From contig JAPVSJ010000109.1 of the NCBI GenBank assembly GCA_047519745.1, positions 6,326 through 70,325 of the forward strand: a stretch of 64,000 bases of DNA, written 5' to 3'. The notes below the pieces were generated by a model. It made no database searches, had not been told where the DNA came from, and saw only the letters and a program-made list of their open reading frames with translations. This document shows positions 42,974-53,458 of the stretch, in pieces; positions within the stretch are counted from its first letter, which is position 1; every line of letters starts with the position of its first letter. The stretch is from Actinomycetota bacterium. GTDB lineage: Bacteria; Actinomycetota; Thermoleophilia; Solirubrobacterales; 70-9. Position numbers and translations under genes: made by a program.

Positions 42974-45583
42974 GTGGGTACCGACTACCCCGCCCACCGG
43001 GAAGCGGACGTGGTGCTGCGCGACGGCTCGACCGTCCATTTGCGCCCGGTTCGCGCCGAGGACGAGGCGGCGCTGCTGCTGCTGTTCGAGAGCCTCGGCG
43101 CCGACTCGCGGATGTTCCGCTTCTTCTCGGGCGCAAGCGACCTCGCCGCCGCCGCGGAGCAGCTCTCCGACGTCGATCACGAACGGCGCTACGGCCTGGT
43201 CGCGACGCGCGGCGACGGCGGCCGCCTGGTCGGCCACGGCACCTATATGGCGACCGCGCCCGGCCGCGCCGAGGTCGCCTTCGCGATCTCCGACGAGCTG
43301 CAGGGGCAGGGACTGGGGACGATCCTGCTCGCCCACCTGGCCGAGGTCGCCGGGGAGAACGGCGTCGATGTCTTCTTCGCCGAAGTGCTGCCCCAGAACC
43401 ACCGCATGATCGAGGTCTTCCGCGAGAGCGGCTTCCCGGTCGAGACGTCCTCGGAACCGGGCGCGATCCACGTGGAGCTGCCGACCGCCTTCGACGGCGA
43501 CGCGGTCGAGAGCTTCGAGGAGCGCGACCGGCTGGCGGCCGAGGCGGCGGTGCGGCGCTTCCTGCGGCCGCGTTCCGTCGCCGTGATCGGCGCCTCGCGG
43601 CGCCGCGGCACGGTCGGCGGCGAGGTCTTCCACAACCTGCTCGAATCTCGCTTCGAGGGAGTCGTCCACCCGGTCAACCCGGCCAGCGACGTGGTCCAGT
43701 CGGTTCGCGCGTACCGGCACGTCGCCGACGTGCCGGGCGAGGTCGACCTGGCGGTGATCGCGGTGCCGCCGCAAGCGGCGATCGAAGCGGCACGGGAATG
43801 CGGCTCCAGGGGCGTCTCCTCGCTGGTCGTCCTCTCCGCCGGCTTCGCCGAGGTCGGCGAGGAGGGAGGCGAGCTGCAGCAGCGGCTCATCGAGACCTGC
43901 CGCGAGGCGGGCATGCGGCTGATCGGCCCCAACTGCCTCGGCGTGATCGCCAACGGCGAGGGCGGCGGACTCAACGCCAGCTTCTCCCCGGCCACGCCGC
44001 CGCCCGGCAACGTCGGCTTCGTCACCCAGAGCGGCGCCCTGGGCCTCGCCCTGATCGACCTGGCCGCCGACCGCGGCCTCGGCGTCTCCTCCTTCGCCTC
44101 GATCGGCAATCGCGCCGACATCACCGGCAACGACCTGCTCGAGTACTGGGAGGGCGACCCGGCTACCGACGTCGCGCTGCTCTACATCGAGTCCTTCAGC
44201 GACCCGGCGCGCTTCTCGCGGGTCGCGCGGCGGGCTGGGCGGGAGATGCCGATCGTGGTCGTCAAGAGCGGCCGCTCGGTGGCCGGCGAGCGAGCGACCG
44301 GCTCGCACACCGGCGCCCTGCTCTCCGCCTCCGACGTCACCGTCGACGCCCTCTTCGAACAGGCCGGCGTGATCCGCACCGAGACCCTGGCCGAGCTGCT
44401 CGACGTCGCCTCGCTGCTGAGCAGCCAGCCTTTGCCGGCCGGGCCGCGTGTGGGGATCCTGACCAACGCCGGCGGACCGGGGATCATGTGCGCCGACGCA
44501 TGCGAGGCGGCGGGGCTGGAGGTGCCGGAGCTGCCCGCGGAGGTTCGCGCGGCGCTCGCTGAGCACCTGCCGGCGGAGGCCGGCCTGGCCAATCCGGTCG
44601 ACATGATCGCCACCGCCAGCGCCGAGCAGTACCGGCGCTCGATCGCCACCCTCTCGGCCTGGGACGGGATCGACGCTCTGATCGTGATCTTCATCCGGCC
44701 CTTGCTGACCCGCGCCGAGGAGGTCGCCGGGGCGGTCCGCGCGGCGCTGGGCGAGATGGGGCGGCAAATCCCCGTCCAGGCCGTCTTCATGTCGAGCGGC
44801 GACCGCGAGACGATCGCGGCGGGCGGCGGCGTCCCCACCTACGTCTACCCCGAGGACGCGGCGCGGACCCTCGGCCGGGTGATGAAGCACGTGCGCTGGC
44901 GGGCGCGGCCGGCCGAACAGCCACCCGACTTCGCCGACGCCCGCCGCGACGAGGCCGCGGCGACGATCGCCAGGGCGCTCACCGATGAGAGCGAGTGGCT
45001 GAACATGGAAGACACGGCGCAGTTGCTCGACTGCTACGGGATCGCGACGCCGCCCTGGCGGCTCGCCGCGGACCCGGCAGCGGCGGGGCACGCGGCCGAG
45101 GCGCTCGGCGGCCCGGTCGCGCTCAAGGCCCAGGGGGCCGGGATAGTCCACAAGACCGAGCTCGGCGCGGTGCGGACCGGCCTCGCCGACCCCACCGCAG
45201 TCGCCGGCGCCGCCGTGGAGATGGACGAGGCCCTTGCCGCCTCGGGGGCCGAGCGCGAGAACTTCCTCGTCCAGGCGATGGTCGAGGACGGCGTCGAGCT
45301 GCTGGTCGGGATCGCGAGCGACCCCTCCTTCGGGCCGGTGCTGGCCTGCGGCGCCGGCGGCACGCGGGGCAATGACAAAGCCCGCCTATCGGCGGATAGT
45401 CAGGCGGTGAGGCGGCGCTCGTCGCTCGGGGCCGGACGAAGGATCAGGACCTCGGCTGGGGCCTTCTCGAGCAGCCAGACCAGGTCTTCGCCCGAGAGGC
45501 CGGCCTGGCCGGTCGCGGTCGCCGAGACGACGACCCGGTCGAACTCCTCGCGCTCGAGCAGTCGCCGCAGCGCGTGGCGGTAG
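42974..45583 (+). CDS. Pat-type protein acetyltransferase (N-terminal GNAT plus NDP-forming acyl-CoA synthetase-like domains); 3' end appears truncated or replaced
   Basis: GNAT QGQGLGTILL. CoA-binding SVAVIGASRRRGTVGGEVF, GPNCLGVI and GFVTQSGALG. The ATP-grasp part runs to ...FGPVLACGAGGT near 45370; after that the frame reads Arg/Ser-rich sequence antisense to the next gene. Confidence 0.75.
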   Translation: MGTDYPAHREADVVLRDGSTVHLRPVRAEDEAALLLLFESLGADSRMFRFFSGASDLAAAAEQLSDVDHERRYGLVATRGDGGRLVGHGTYMATAPGRAEVAFAISDELQGQGLGTILLAHLAEVAGENGVDVFFAEVLPQNHRMIEVFRESGFPVETSSEPGAIHVELPTAFDGDAVESFEERDRLAAEAAVRRFLRPRSVAVIGASRRRGTVGGEVFHNLLESRFEGVVHPVNPASDVVQSVRAYRHVADVPGEVDLAVIAVPPQAAIEAARECGSRGVSSLVVLSAGFAEVGEEGGELQQRLIETCREAGMRLIGPNCLGVIANGEGGGLNASFSPATPPPGNVGFVTQSGALGLALIDLAADRGLGVSSFASIGNRADITGNDLLEYWEGDPATDVALLYIESFSDPARFSRVARRAGREMPIVVVKSGRSVAGERATGSHTGALLSASDVTVDALFEQAGVIRTETLAELLDVASLLSSQPLPAGPRVGILTNAGGPGIMCADACEAAGLEVPELPAEVRAALAEHLPAEAGLANPVDMIATASAEQYRRSIATLSAWDGIDALIVIFIRPLLTRAEEVAGAVRAALGEMGRQIPVQAVFMSSGDRETIAAGGGVPTYVYPEDAARTLGRVMKHVRWRARPAEQPPDFADARRDEAAATIARALTDESEWLNMEDTAQLLDCYGIATPPWRLAADPAAAGHAAEALGGPVALKAQGAGIVHKTELGAVRTGLADPTAVAGAAVEMDEALAASGAERENFLVQAMVEDGVELLVGIASDPSFGPVLACGAGGTRGNDKARLSADSQAVRRRSSLGAGRRIRTSAGAFSSSQTRSSPERPAWPVAVAETTTRSNSSRSSSRRSAWR

Positions 45584-45942
45584 GAGCGCCCGCGCTCGAT
45601 CCGAGCGTCGACCGGCACCGCCTGGGCGCTGGCGCGCTGCTCGATCGCCTCCAGCATCGGCATCGCCTTCGACGCCTCGGCCGGAATCGCGCACTCGAGC
45701 GGCAGCTGCTTGGGAACGGCCGCCAGGTAGGCCGGCATCAGGGTCGCGTTCTCCGCCCGGGCGAGGCGCAGCGCCGCGTCGACAGCCCGGCGGGAGATCT
45801 CGGTGCCGGTGAAGGGCAGCAGGATCTGGTGGACCTCCTCGGGCCGCTCCGAGCGCTTGCCACGCCACCTGGAGCTGGCGATCAGGTACCCCCCACCGAG
45901 GCCGAGCAGCAGCGCAAAGCCGACGAGGAAGTGCTCGATCAC
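45400..45942 (-). CDS. membrane-anchored universal stress protein (Usp) domain protein
   Basis: N-terminal TM helix FLVGFALLLGLGGGYLIA, then the Usp pattern ILLPFTGTE...RVVVSATA. Confidence 0.7.
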   Translation of the reverse strand: MIEHFLVGFALLLGLGGGYLIASSRWRGKRSERPEEVHQILLPFTGTEISRRAVDAALRLARAENATLMPAYLAAVPKQLPLECAIPAEASKAMPMLEAIEQRASAQAVPVDARIERGRSYRHALRRLLEREEFDRVVVSATATGQAGLSGEDLVWLLEKAPAEVLILRPAPSDERRLTA

Positions 45943-47063
45943 GAGCCGCCCTCCTTCTGGCTGCGGTGGGCGACGATCCGCACGTCGACCCCGGGCGGGG
46001 TCGCGCGCATCAGCGCCTGGGGCAGCGGGGCCCGCAGCCGCGCCAGGCCGCGTGGCGGGTTGGACTCGCCGACCATCACGTAGGTGGACCCGCGCTCCGC
46101 GATCACCCGGGCGGCGGCGGCGACCAGGTCGTCGTGCTCCTCGATCAGCAGCGTCGCGCCGAGCACCGAGGCGAGCTGGCGCAGCGCCGTCACCTGGCGC
46201 TCCTCCTCCCCCTCGATCGGCCGCCCCGGCGGCTTCACCCAGAGCAGGTCGAGGCCGGTGCCGAGCCGCTGGGCCGAGCGCCAGGCGCGGCGCACGAGGC
46301 GCTGCGAGCTCGGCCGCGGCCGCACCAGGGCGAGCAGCCGCTCGCCGACGGCCTTGGGCGCGTCGGTGACGACGCGCTCTTCGCGCGTCCCGACGTGCTC
46401 CACCTGGTGCAGGGTCAGGCGCTTGGACTCGACGTCCTCGGCGACCTGGCGCAGGCTGACCTCGCGCAGGGCGGCGAGGTTCTCGATGCGGAAGAAGTTG
46501 TCGAGCGCCGCCTGGATGTTCTCGCCGGGGTAGATCTTGCCGGCGCGCAGGCGCCCGATCAGCGCCTCCGGGGTGAGGTCGATGAGGACGACCTCGTCGG
46601 CGCTGCCGAGCACCGAGTCGGGCACGGTCTCGCGCACCGTGACGCCGGTCAGCTCGGCGACCCTGTCGTTGAGCGACTCGAGGTGCTGGACGTTGACGGT
46701 GGAGTAGACGTCGATGCCGGCCGCGAGCACGTCCGCGATGTCTTCGTAACGCTTGCCGTGCTCGAGCCCGGGCGGGTTGGTGTGGGCGAGCTCGTCGATC
46801 AGGGCCAGGTCCGGGCGGCGTGCGAGCAGCGCCGGCAGGTCCATCTCCTCGACGCCGACGTCGCGGTAGTCGACGCTGCGCCGCGGGATGACCTCCAGCC
46901 CACGAGCCTGATCGCTCGTCTCCTGGCGCTTGTGCGGCTCCAGGTAGCCGATCGCGACGTCGCGCCCGGCGGCAGCCTCGGCCTGGCCCTCCTGCAGCAT
47001 CCGGTAGGTCTTGCCGACGCCGGCCGCCATGCCGAGGAAGATCTTGTAGTGGCCGCGGCTCAC
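45939..47063 (-). CDS. KdpD N-terminal sensor domain plus Usp domain protein (no kinase module)
   Basis: YKIFLGMAAGVGKTYRMLQEG...IDELAHTNPPG..KRYEDI..LL.AGIDVYSTVNVQHLESLND is the KdpD_N signature. It ends without TM, HisKA or HATPase regions. Confidence 0.85.
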   Translation of the reverse strand: MSRGHYKIFLGMAAGVGKTYRMLQEGQAEAAAGRDVAIGYLEPHKRQETSDQARGLEVIPRRSVDYRDVGVEEMDLPALLARRPDLALIDELAHTNPPGLEHGKRYEDIADVLAAGIDVYSTVNVQHLESLNDRVAELTGVTVRETVPDSVLGSADEVVLIDLTPEALIGRLRAGKIYPGENIQAALDNFFRIENLAALREVSLRQVAEDVESKRLTLHQVEHVGTREERVVTDAPKAVGERLLALVRPRPSSQRLVRRAWRSAQRLGTGLDLLWVKPPGRPIEGEEERQVTALRQLASVLGATLLIEEHDDLVAAAARVIAERGSTYVMVGESNPPRGLARLRAPLPQALMRATPPGVDVRIVAHRSQKEGGS

Positions 47064-47074
47064 GGCGGGCTCCG

Positions 47075-49141
47075 TCAGGCTCCCAGCAGGTTGTGGACCA
47101 CGAGGTCGATCAGCTTGATGCCGATGAAGGGGGTGACGATCCCGCCGAGGCCGTAGATCAGCATGTTGCGGCGCAGCAGCGCCGTCGCGCCGATCGGCCG
47201 GTAGCGGACGCCGCGCAGGGAGAGCGGGATCAGCAGCGGGATGATCAGCGCGTTGAAGATCACCGCCGAGAGGATCGCCGATTCCGGCGTGCCCAGCGAC
47301 ATGATGTTGAGCGCGTCGAGCGGGCCCTTGCCGCCGGCCGAGAGCGCGTAGGTGGCGGCGAACATCGCCGGCAGGATCGCGAAGTACTTGGCGATGTCGT
47401 TGGCGATCGAGAACGTGGTCAGGGCGCCGCGCGTGATCAGCAGCTGCTTGCCGACCTCGACGATCTCGATCAGCTTGGTCGGATTGGAGTCGAGGTCGAC
47501 CATGTTGCCCGCCTCGCGCGCCGCCTGGGTGCCGGTGTTCATCGCCACGCCGACGTCGGCCTGGGCCAGCGCGGGTGCGTCGTTGGTGCCGTCGCCGGTC
47601 ATCGCGATCAGGCGGCCGTCGGACTGCTGCTCGCGGATCAGCTCGAGCTTGCGCTCCGGGGTCGCTTCGGCGAGGAAGTCGTCTACTCCCGCCTCCTTGG
47701 CGATCTTCGCCGCGGTCAGCTTGTTGTCGCCGGTGACCATGATCGTGCGGATGCCCATCGCCCGCAGCTGGTCGAAGCGAGCCTGCATCCCTTCCTTGAC
47801 CACGTCCTTGAGGTAGATAACGCCGAGCACCCGCTCGTTGCGCGCGACGGCCAGAGGGGTCCCCCCCTCGCGCGCGATCCGGTCGAGCTGTGCCCGCAGC
47901 TCCGCCGGCGTACGCCCGCCCTCGGAGGTGACCCAGCCCTCGATCGCGTCGCCGGCGCCCTTGCGCAAACGGGTGCCGTTGAAGTCGACGCCGCTCATCC
48001 GCGTCTCGGCGCTGAAGGGGACGAAGGCCGGCTCATGCCCGGCGAAGTCGTGCTCGCGGATGCCGAAGCTCTTGGCGAGGACGACGATCGAGCGGCCCTC
48101 GGGAGTCTCGTCGGCGAGCGAGGACATCTGCGCCGCCTCGGCCAGGTCCTCCGCCTCGACCCCGGGCATCGGCACGAACTCGACCGCCTCGCGGTTGCCG
48201 AGCGTGATCGTGCCGGTCTTGTCGAGCAGCAGCACGTCGCAGTCGCCGGAGGCCTCGACCGCGCGCCCGGAGAGGGCGAGCACGTTGCGACGGACGAGGC
48301 GGTCCATGCCGGCGATCCCGATCGCCGAGAGCAGCGCCCCGATCGTGGTCGGGATCAATGCGACGAGCAGGGCGATCAGAGTCGTCTCGGAGAGTTCGGT
48401 GCCGGCGAAGAGCGCGAAAGGGCGCAACGAGACGACGACCAGCACGAAGACCAGCGTGAGGCCGGCGAGGAGGATCCCGAGTGCGATCTCGTTCGGCGTC
48501 TTGTTCCGCTCGGCCCCCTCGACCAGGGCGATCATGCGGTCGAGGAAGGACTTGCCCGGTTCCTGGGTTATCTCGACCACGATCCGGTCCGAGAGCACCT
48601 TGGTGCCGCCGGTGACGGCGCTGCGGTCGCCGCCGGCCTCGCGGATGACCGGCGCCGACTCGCCCGTGATCGCCGACTCGTCGACCGAGGCGATGCCCTC
48701 GATCACGGTGCCGTCGCCGGGGATCGGCTCGCCCGCCTCGACCACGACGACGTCGCCGCGGAGGAGCTCGGAGGCAGGCTTCTCGCCGCCGTCGCGCAGG
48801 CGGGCGCTGGTCTCGGTGCGCATCGCCCGCAGGCTCGCCGCCTGGGCACGGCCGCGGCCCTCGGCGAGCGCCTCGGCGAGATTGGCGAAGACGACGGTGA
48901 GCCAGAGCCAGACGGTGATGCTGAAGCTGAACCAGGAGGGCTCGTGACCGCCGCCGAGCGGCTTGCCGCCGAACAGCTGGATCAGCCAGGCGACGGTGGT
49001 GATCAGGGCGCCGACCTCGACCACGAACATGACCGGGTTGCGCGCCTGCACGCGCGGGTCGAGCTTGCGCAGGGACTCCAGCAGCGCCGGGCGCAGGATC
49101 TCGGGGTCGAAAAGCGAGCGGGCCTGGGTCTCGGTGGTCAT
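47075..49141 (-). CDS. kdpB: K+-transporting P-type ATPase subunit KdpB
   Basis: DKTGTIT, MVTGDN and [16 protein letters not shown] motifs, with a KdpB-type N-terminus. Confidence 0.95.
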   Translation of the reverse strand: MTTETQARSLFDPEILRPALLESLRKLDPRVQARNPVMFVVEVGALITTVAWLIQLFGGKPLGGGHEPSWFSFSITVWLWLTVVFANLAEALAEGRGRAQAASLRAMRTETSARLRDGGEKPASELLRGDVVVVEAGEPIPGDGTVIEGIASVDESAITGESAPVIREAGGDRSAVTGGTKVLSDRIVVEITQEPGKSFLDRMIALVEGAERNKTPNEIALGILLAGLTLVFVLVVVSLRPFALFAGTELSETTLIALLVALIPTTIGALLSAIGIAGMDRLVRRNVLALSGRAVEASGDCDVLLLDKTGTITLGNREAVEFVPMPGVEAEDLAEAAQMSSLADETPEGRSIVVLAKSFGIREHDFAGHEPAFVPFSAETRMSGVDFNGTRLRKGAGDAIEGWVTSEGGRTPAELRAQLDRIAREGGTPLAVARNERVLGVIYLKDVVKEGMQARFDQLRAMGIRTIMVTGDNKLTAAKIAKEAGVDDFLAEATPERKLELIREQQSDGRLIAMTGDGTNDAPALAQADVGVAMNTGTQAAREAGNMVDLDSNPTKLIEIVEVGKQLLITRGALTTFSIANDIAKYFAILPAMFAATYALSAGGKGPLDALNIMSLGTPESAILSAVIFNALIIPLLIPLSLRGVRYRPIGATALLRRNMLIYGLGGIVTPFIGIKLIDLVVHNLLGA

Positions 49142-49731
49142 GGCGCTTCCCTGGCCAGATCGTCGAGGGCGATGTTGAGCTTCAGGACGTTGACGCCGGG
49201 CTCGCCGAGCAGGCCGAGGGCGCGGCCGTCGGTGTGGGCCGAGATCAGCTCTTCGACCTTGGCCAGCGACAGCCGGCGGATCGCGGCGACGCGGTGGGCC
49301 TGGATCCGCGCGTTCGCCTGCGAGATGTGCGGGTCGACCCCCGAAGCCGATTCGGTCACCGCGTCGACCGGGACCTGGTCCTTGGTGAGGCTGTGATCGA
49401 AGGGCTTCTCCAGCGCCACGTAGGCGGCGAGGTTCTCCCGCACCGCGTCGCGCGCTTCGACGCTGTTGGGGCCGAGGTTCGAGAAGTAGGTGACATCGGG
49501 CGCGTAGCCGGTTGCCGAGGGGCGCGACTGGAAGTAACGCGGGTCCCCCTTGAAGTCCTGGCCGATCAGGCTCGAGCCGACGACCTTGCCGTCGACGCTC
49601 AGCTTCGACCCGTTCGCCCTGCCGGGGAAGACGAGCTGGGAGACGCCGGTGATCGCCAGCGGGTAGACCACACCGAGCAGCAGGGTCAGCACGACGACGG
49701 CGAGCAGCGAGGTGGTCAGGTCGCGCTTCAT
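49138..49731 (-). CDS. kdpC: K+-transporting ATPase subunit KdpC
   Basis: Single N-terminal TM helix; [21 protein letters not shown] and QAHRVA motifs. Confidence 0.9.
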   Translation of the reverse strand: MKRDLTTSLLAVVVLTLLLGVVYPLAITGVSQLVFPGRANGSKLSVDGKVVGSSLIGQDFKGDPRYFQSRPSATGYAPDVTYFSNLGPNSVEARDAVRENLAAYVALEKPFDHSLTKDQVPVDAVTESASGVDPHISQANARIQAHRVAAIRRLSLAKVEELISAHTDGRALGLLGEPGVNVLKLNIALDDLAREAP

Positions 49732-51488
49732 CAGAACAACCTCGTGGTCAGGCTCTGGACGACCGGTCCGAGCAGCAGGGCGGGGAAGAAGGTGAGGGCG
49801 CCGACGAGGATCACGACGCCGACCAGCAGGAAGACAAAGGTCGGGTTGTCGGTCCGCATCGTCCCCAGACCGGGGCGCGAGACCTTCTTGCCGGCGAGCG
49901 CACCGGCGATCGCGAGGACGAAGAGGATCGGCGCGAAGCGGGCGCCGACCATCACCACCCCGCCCAGCAAGTCGGCGAAGCTGATCCCGTAGGAGCCCGC
50001 GTTGCCGGGCGGATGGGGCTGGACGAAGCCGGTGTAGCCGGCGAAGGCCGAGCCGTTGTTGTTGGCCTGCGAGAGGTAGGCATAGAGGGTCTCCGAGAAG
50101 CCCTGCGGGTTGACCCCGGCGAACAGCGAGCGCTTGCCGAGCGTCGTCGCCGAGGCAACTCCGGCCGAGAGCAGCACGACCAGGGGCGTGAAGAGGACGC
50201 CGAGCGAGACCAGCTTGATCTCACGCGCCTGGATCTTCTTGCCGAGGTACTCAGGGGTGCGGCCGACCATCAGGCCGCCGATGAAGACGGCGAGCAGGAC
50301 GTAGAGCAGCATCGAGTAGAGGCCCGCCCCCACCCCGCCGAAGATCACCTCGCTGAAGCCGAGGTTGGCAAAGGGCACGGCGCCGCCGAGCCCGCTGAGC
50401 GACTCGAAGGCAGCGTTGACCGCGCCGCAGGAGGTGACGGTCGTCACCGCCGTCCACAACGAAGAGTTGGCGATGCCAAAGCGCTGCTCCTTGCCCTCGA
50501 GGTTGCCGCCGGTGGAGCCCGCGAAGGCGTGCGTGTGCAGGCCGGCGGCGTGCTGGGCCAGGGTGCCGTGCTGCTCGGCCATGTAGACGACGACTACGCC
50601 GGCGACGAAGAGGACGAACATCGCGGCGAAGATCGCCCAGCCCTGGCGCTGGCTGCCGACCATGCGGCCGTAGGTGTAGGTGAGGGCAGCGGGGATGACG
50701 AGGATCAGCAGCAGCTCGAAGAAGTTGGTCAGGCCGGTCGGGTTCTCGAACGGCATCGCCGAGTTGACGTTGAAGAAGCCGCCGCCGTTGGTGCCCAGCT
50801 CCTTGATCACCTCCTGCGAGGCGACCGGCCCACCCGGAAGCGTCTGGACGCCGCCGGTCAGCGTGTGGATCGCCGTGTAATGGCCGAGGTTCTGGATCAC
50901 GCCCTGGGAGACGAGGAAGAGCGCGCCCACGATCGAGACCGGCAGCAGGATGTAGAGGAGGATGCGGACCAGGTCCTGCCAGAAGTTGCCGATCTCGCGC
51001 CCGCTGCGAGCGACGATGCCGCGGATCAGGGCGATGACGACGGCGATCCCGACCGCGGCCGAGACGAAGTTCTGCACCGCCAGCCCGGCCATCTGGGCGA
51101 AGTAGGTGAGCGTCGTCTCACCGCCGTAGTACTGCCAGTTGGTGTTGGTGATGAAGGAGGAGGTCGTGTTGAAATTGAGGTCCCAGGGCGCGGAGTGGAA
51201 GCCCTGCGGGTTGAACGGCTGGACGCCCTGCGTGCGCAGGATCAGGTACAGCGCGATCCAGAAGAACAGCGAGAAGACGACGAGGCTGCGGGCATAGGCC
51301 TTCCAGTCCTGCCCCTCCTCGGGCCCCACGCGCAACACCCGGTAGGTGAGGCGCTCGATTGGCCCGACGAGAGGAGACAGGAAGACGCGCCGGCCGGTGA
51401 AGACGCGCGCCATGTAGATGCCGACCGGTTTGACCAGCGCGACCAGCACGGCGATGAAGGCGGCGATCTGCAGCCAGCCCTGGAGCAC
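49731..51488 (-). CDS. kdpA: K+-transporting ATPase subunit KdpA
   Basis: [30 protein letters not shown]..., [10 protein letters not shown] and GTNGGGFF motifs. GTG start. Confidence 0.95.
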   Translation of the reverse strand: MLQGWLQIAAFIAVLVALVKPVGIYMARVFTGRRVFLSPLVGPIERLTYRVLRVGPEEGQDWKAYARSLVVFSLFFWIALYLILRTQGVQPFNPQGFHSAPWDLNFNTTSSFITNTNWQYYGGETTLTYFAQMAGLAVQNFVSAAVGIAVVIALIRGIVARSGREIGNFWQDLVRILLYILLPVSIVGALFLVSQGVIQNLGHYTAIHTLTGGVQTLPGGPVASQEVIKELGTNGGGFFNVNSAMPFENPTGLTNFFELLLILVIPAALTYTYGRMVGSQRQGWAIFAAMFVLFVAGVVVVYMAEQHGTLAQHAAGLHTHAFAGSTGGNLEGKEQRFGIANSSLWTAVTTVTSCGAVNAAFESLSGLGGAVPFANLGFSEVIFGGVGAGLYSMLLYVLLAVFIGGLMVGRTPEYLGKKIQAREIKLVSLGVLFTPLVVLLSAGVASATTLGKRSLFAGVNPQGFSETLYAYLSQANNNGSAFAGYTGFVQPHPPGNAGSYGISFADLLGGVVMVGARFAPILFVLAIAGALAGKKVSRPGLGTMRTDNPTFVFLLVGVVILVGALTFFPALLLGPVVQSLTTRLF

Positions 51489-51602
51489 CTAGAGCTTCTC
51501 CCCGCGCAGCAGCGCGTAGACGAGGTAGACGCAGACCAGCGCCGAGACGATCAGGCCGAAGAGGTCGGCGCCGGAGAGCGAGGCGAGGGGCAGCGCGCTC
51601 AT
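51489..51602 (-). CDS. kdpF: KdpF small subunit
   Basis: My translation: MSALPLASLSGADLFGLIVSALVCVYLVYALLRGEKL (37 aa). The stop abuts the kdpA GTG. Too short to appear in the ORF track. Confidence 0.7.
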   Translation of the reverse strand: MSALPLASLSGADLFGLIVSALVCVYLVYALLRGEKL

Positions 51603-51724
51603 ATCCGGTCGATCAGGTCGATCGCCCAGTAGAGGAGGGCGAAGAGGCCGACCGCGATCGCTATCGAGAGGACGTCCGCGAGCGGTCCGCCGCCGCCGGG
51701 AAAGATGTCCGCGAGGGGGAGCAA
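51599..51724 (-). CDS. possible additional small membrane peptide upstream of kdpF
   Basis: My translation from the TTG at 51722-51724: MLPLADIFPGGGGPLADVLSIAIAVGLFALLYWAIDLIDRI (41 aa). Its TGA overlaps the kdpF ATG (ATGA). Confidence 0.35.
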   Translation of the reverse strand: MLPLADIFPGGGGPLADVLSIAIAVGLFALLYWAIDLIDRI

Positions 51725-51877
51725 GACATGGCGATCATCCGCCCGACCCCGTCAAGGCCGCGTGAACTCTGCGGCTTCCCGCATACAGATTTCGTGAAGA
51801 CGCGCAGCTCACTGCCAGAGTGGTGTTAGCGCCGCGATAATTGAGCTAATTTGAGTCATAATTAGCACAACTATGCC

Positions 51878-52933
51878 ATGATTAGCCCGATGCAGAGCTT
51901 CGTCAACCTCGACAAGACTTTCAGCGGGCAGCCTCGAGACCTCGGGCCCATCCTGGCCAGCATCGACGCCGGGAAAGGCCGGGAGCGACTCTTCGAGGAT
52001 CGGGTCCCCGAGCTTCTGGGAGAGCTCTCCGAGCACGCGCGCATCGCCTCGATTACCGCATCCAACGCAATCGAGGGCGTCATCGTCGGGAGCGAGCGCG
52101 CGGAGCGAATTGCCGAGGGCGCACGTCGCTATCGCAATCGCAACGAGCGCGAGTTCGCGGGCTACAGAGATGCGATGGACATGCTCATGCGCCTCGACTC
52201 ATACGACCCGTTGAATATCCCCTTCGTCCTGCACCTGCACCGGCTGCTCTTTCACCACACCGATGGCAACGGCGGCCACCTGAAGACCGACCAGAACCTG
52301 ATCGTCTCTTCTGAGAGCGGGCGGCGGGAGGTCGTCTTCACTCCTCCCCCTCCCGAGGAAACCGAGTTCCTCCTCGGCGAGCTGCTGGTCCGCTACGAAG
52401 CTGCGAAGCGCGAGGGTCGCACGCATCCGCTCCTCCTGATCGCCGCGTTGATCTTGGACTTCCTGGCCATCCATCCCGTCGCCGACGGCAACGGGCGACT
52501 GGCCCGGCTCCTGACCACCTACGAGATGCTCTCTCAGGGATACGGCGTGGCGCGCTACGTCAGTGTCGAGCAGCGCATCTTCGAATCGAAGAACAGCTAC
52601 TACGCGAGCCTCTACGAGTCTCAACGAGACTGGCGCGAGGGCAAACACGACGTTTGGCCGTGGATCTCCTATCTCGCCCGCATCCTCGCCGCCGCTTACG
52701 AGGACTTCGAGCAGCGGGTGATCGCCGCGGGCGAGAGGACAGGCAGCAAGCAGGACAGGGTTCGCAGCTACATCCTGGACCAGGCGCCCGCGGTGTTCCG
52801 GCGGCGCGACGTCGAACGCGCTCTGCCCGGGATCAGCCTTGCAACGATAAGACTCGTCCTCAACGACCTGCGTGACACCGGGCGGATCAAGTCGGAGGGC
52901 TCAGGTCCAGGCGCCCGCTGGCACAAGCTCTGA
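51878..52933 (+). CDS. Fic family protein (class II, N-terminal inhibitory motif) with a C-terminal wHTH
   Basis: Fic motif HPVADGNGRLARLL. Inhibitory-helix motif (S/T)xxxE(G/N) seen as SNAIEG. The upstream region is lower in GC. Confidence 0.9.
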   Translation: MISPMQSFVNLDKTFSGQPRDLGPILASIDAGKGRERLFEDRVPELLGELSEHARIASITASNAIEGVIVGSERAERIAEGARRYRNRNEREFAGYRDAMDMLMRLDSYDPLNIPFVLHLHRLLFHHTDGNGGHLKTDQNLIVSSESGRREVVFTPPPPEETEFLLGELLVRYEAAKREGRTHPLLLIAALILDFLAIHPVADGNGRLARLLTTYEMLSQGYGVARYVSVEQRIFESKNSYYASLYESQRDWREGKHDVWPWISYLARILAAAYEDFEQRVIAAGERTGSKQDRVRSYILDQAPAVFRRRDVERALPGISLATIRLVLNDLRDTGRIKSEGSGPGARWHKL

Positions 52934-53083
52934 CCGCCGACAAGCTGCTGCTCGGTGACAGGTGCGGGGGCTGACTCATCTGAAAACCTTTCGATTCGCA
53001 GGCACTCGACGGGAGCGACGGGGCAGGAGTCCGGCAAGGACACCGAATTGAGATTCGGGGCCGAGCGGGTGCTGCGCGTGCTG

Positions 53084-53458
53084 CTACCCGGATTGGCCTT
53101 CCTGGGCCGCCTGCTCCTTGACGCGACGGGCGGCCTTGGTGTAGGCGATCATCTGGTCGCGGCGGCCGATGGCTAGGACGACGCTCGTCGCCGGGGCGCC
53201 ATCGGCGGGCTCGTTGCGATAGACGAAGCGGTAGCGTGGCTTGCCACGCCAGCCCGGCTCGTCGAAGCGGACCTTGCGGCAACCCTTCAGCACACGGGGA
53301 GGCTTGTCCCCCATCAACTCACCGTAATGCGGGTTGCGGTGTAGCTCGACCACGATGCGCGCGACCTCGCGCTTCAGGGCTTCGTCGAGTTTGTTCGCGT
53401 CGGCCGTGGCCTCTGCGAGGGCTTCGACCCCGTGCTCAGCCTCCGGGGAGCTGCTCAA
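53084..53458 (-). CDS. RelE/ParE family type II toxin
   Basis: KVRFDEPGWRGKPRYRFVYRNEP....SVVLAIGRRDQMIAY pattern. Overlaps the upstream antitoxin gene. Confidence 0.75.
   Translation of the reverse strand: MSSSPEAEHGVEALAEATADANKLDEALKREVARIVVELHRNPHYGELMGDKPPRVLKGCRKVRFDEPGWRGKPRYRFVYRNEPADGAPATSVVLAIGRRDQMIAYTKAARRVKEQAAQEGQSG

Noticed and set aside
51725-51877. A c-di-AMP (ydaO-type) or other riboswitch in the kdp leader, and similarly a Mn riboswitch upstream of the NRAMP gene (61612-61683)
   Set aside because: The leaders are short, and I could not recognise the conserved cores of those riboswitch classes. An Infernal/Rfam scan would be needed to exclude them formally.
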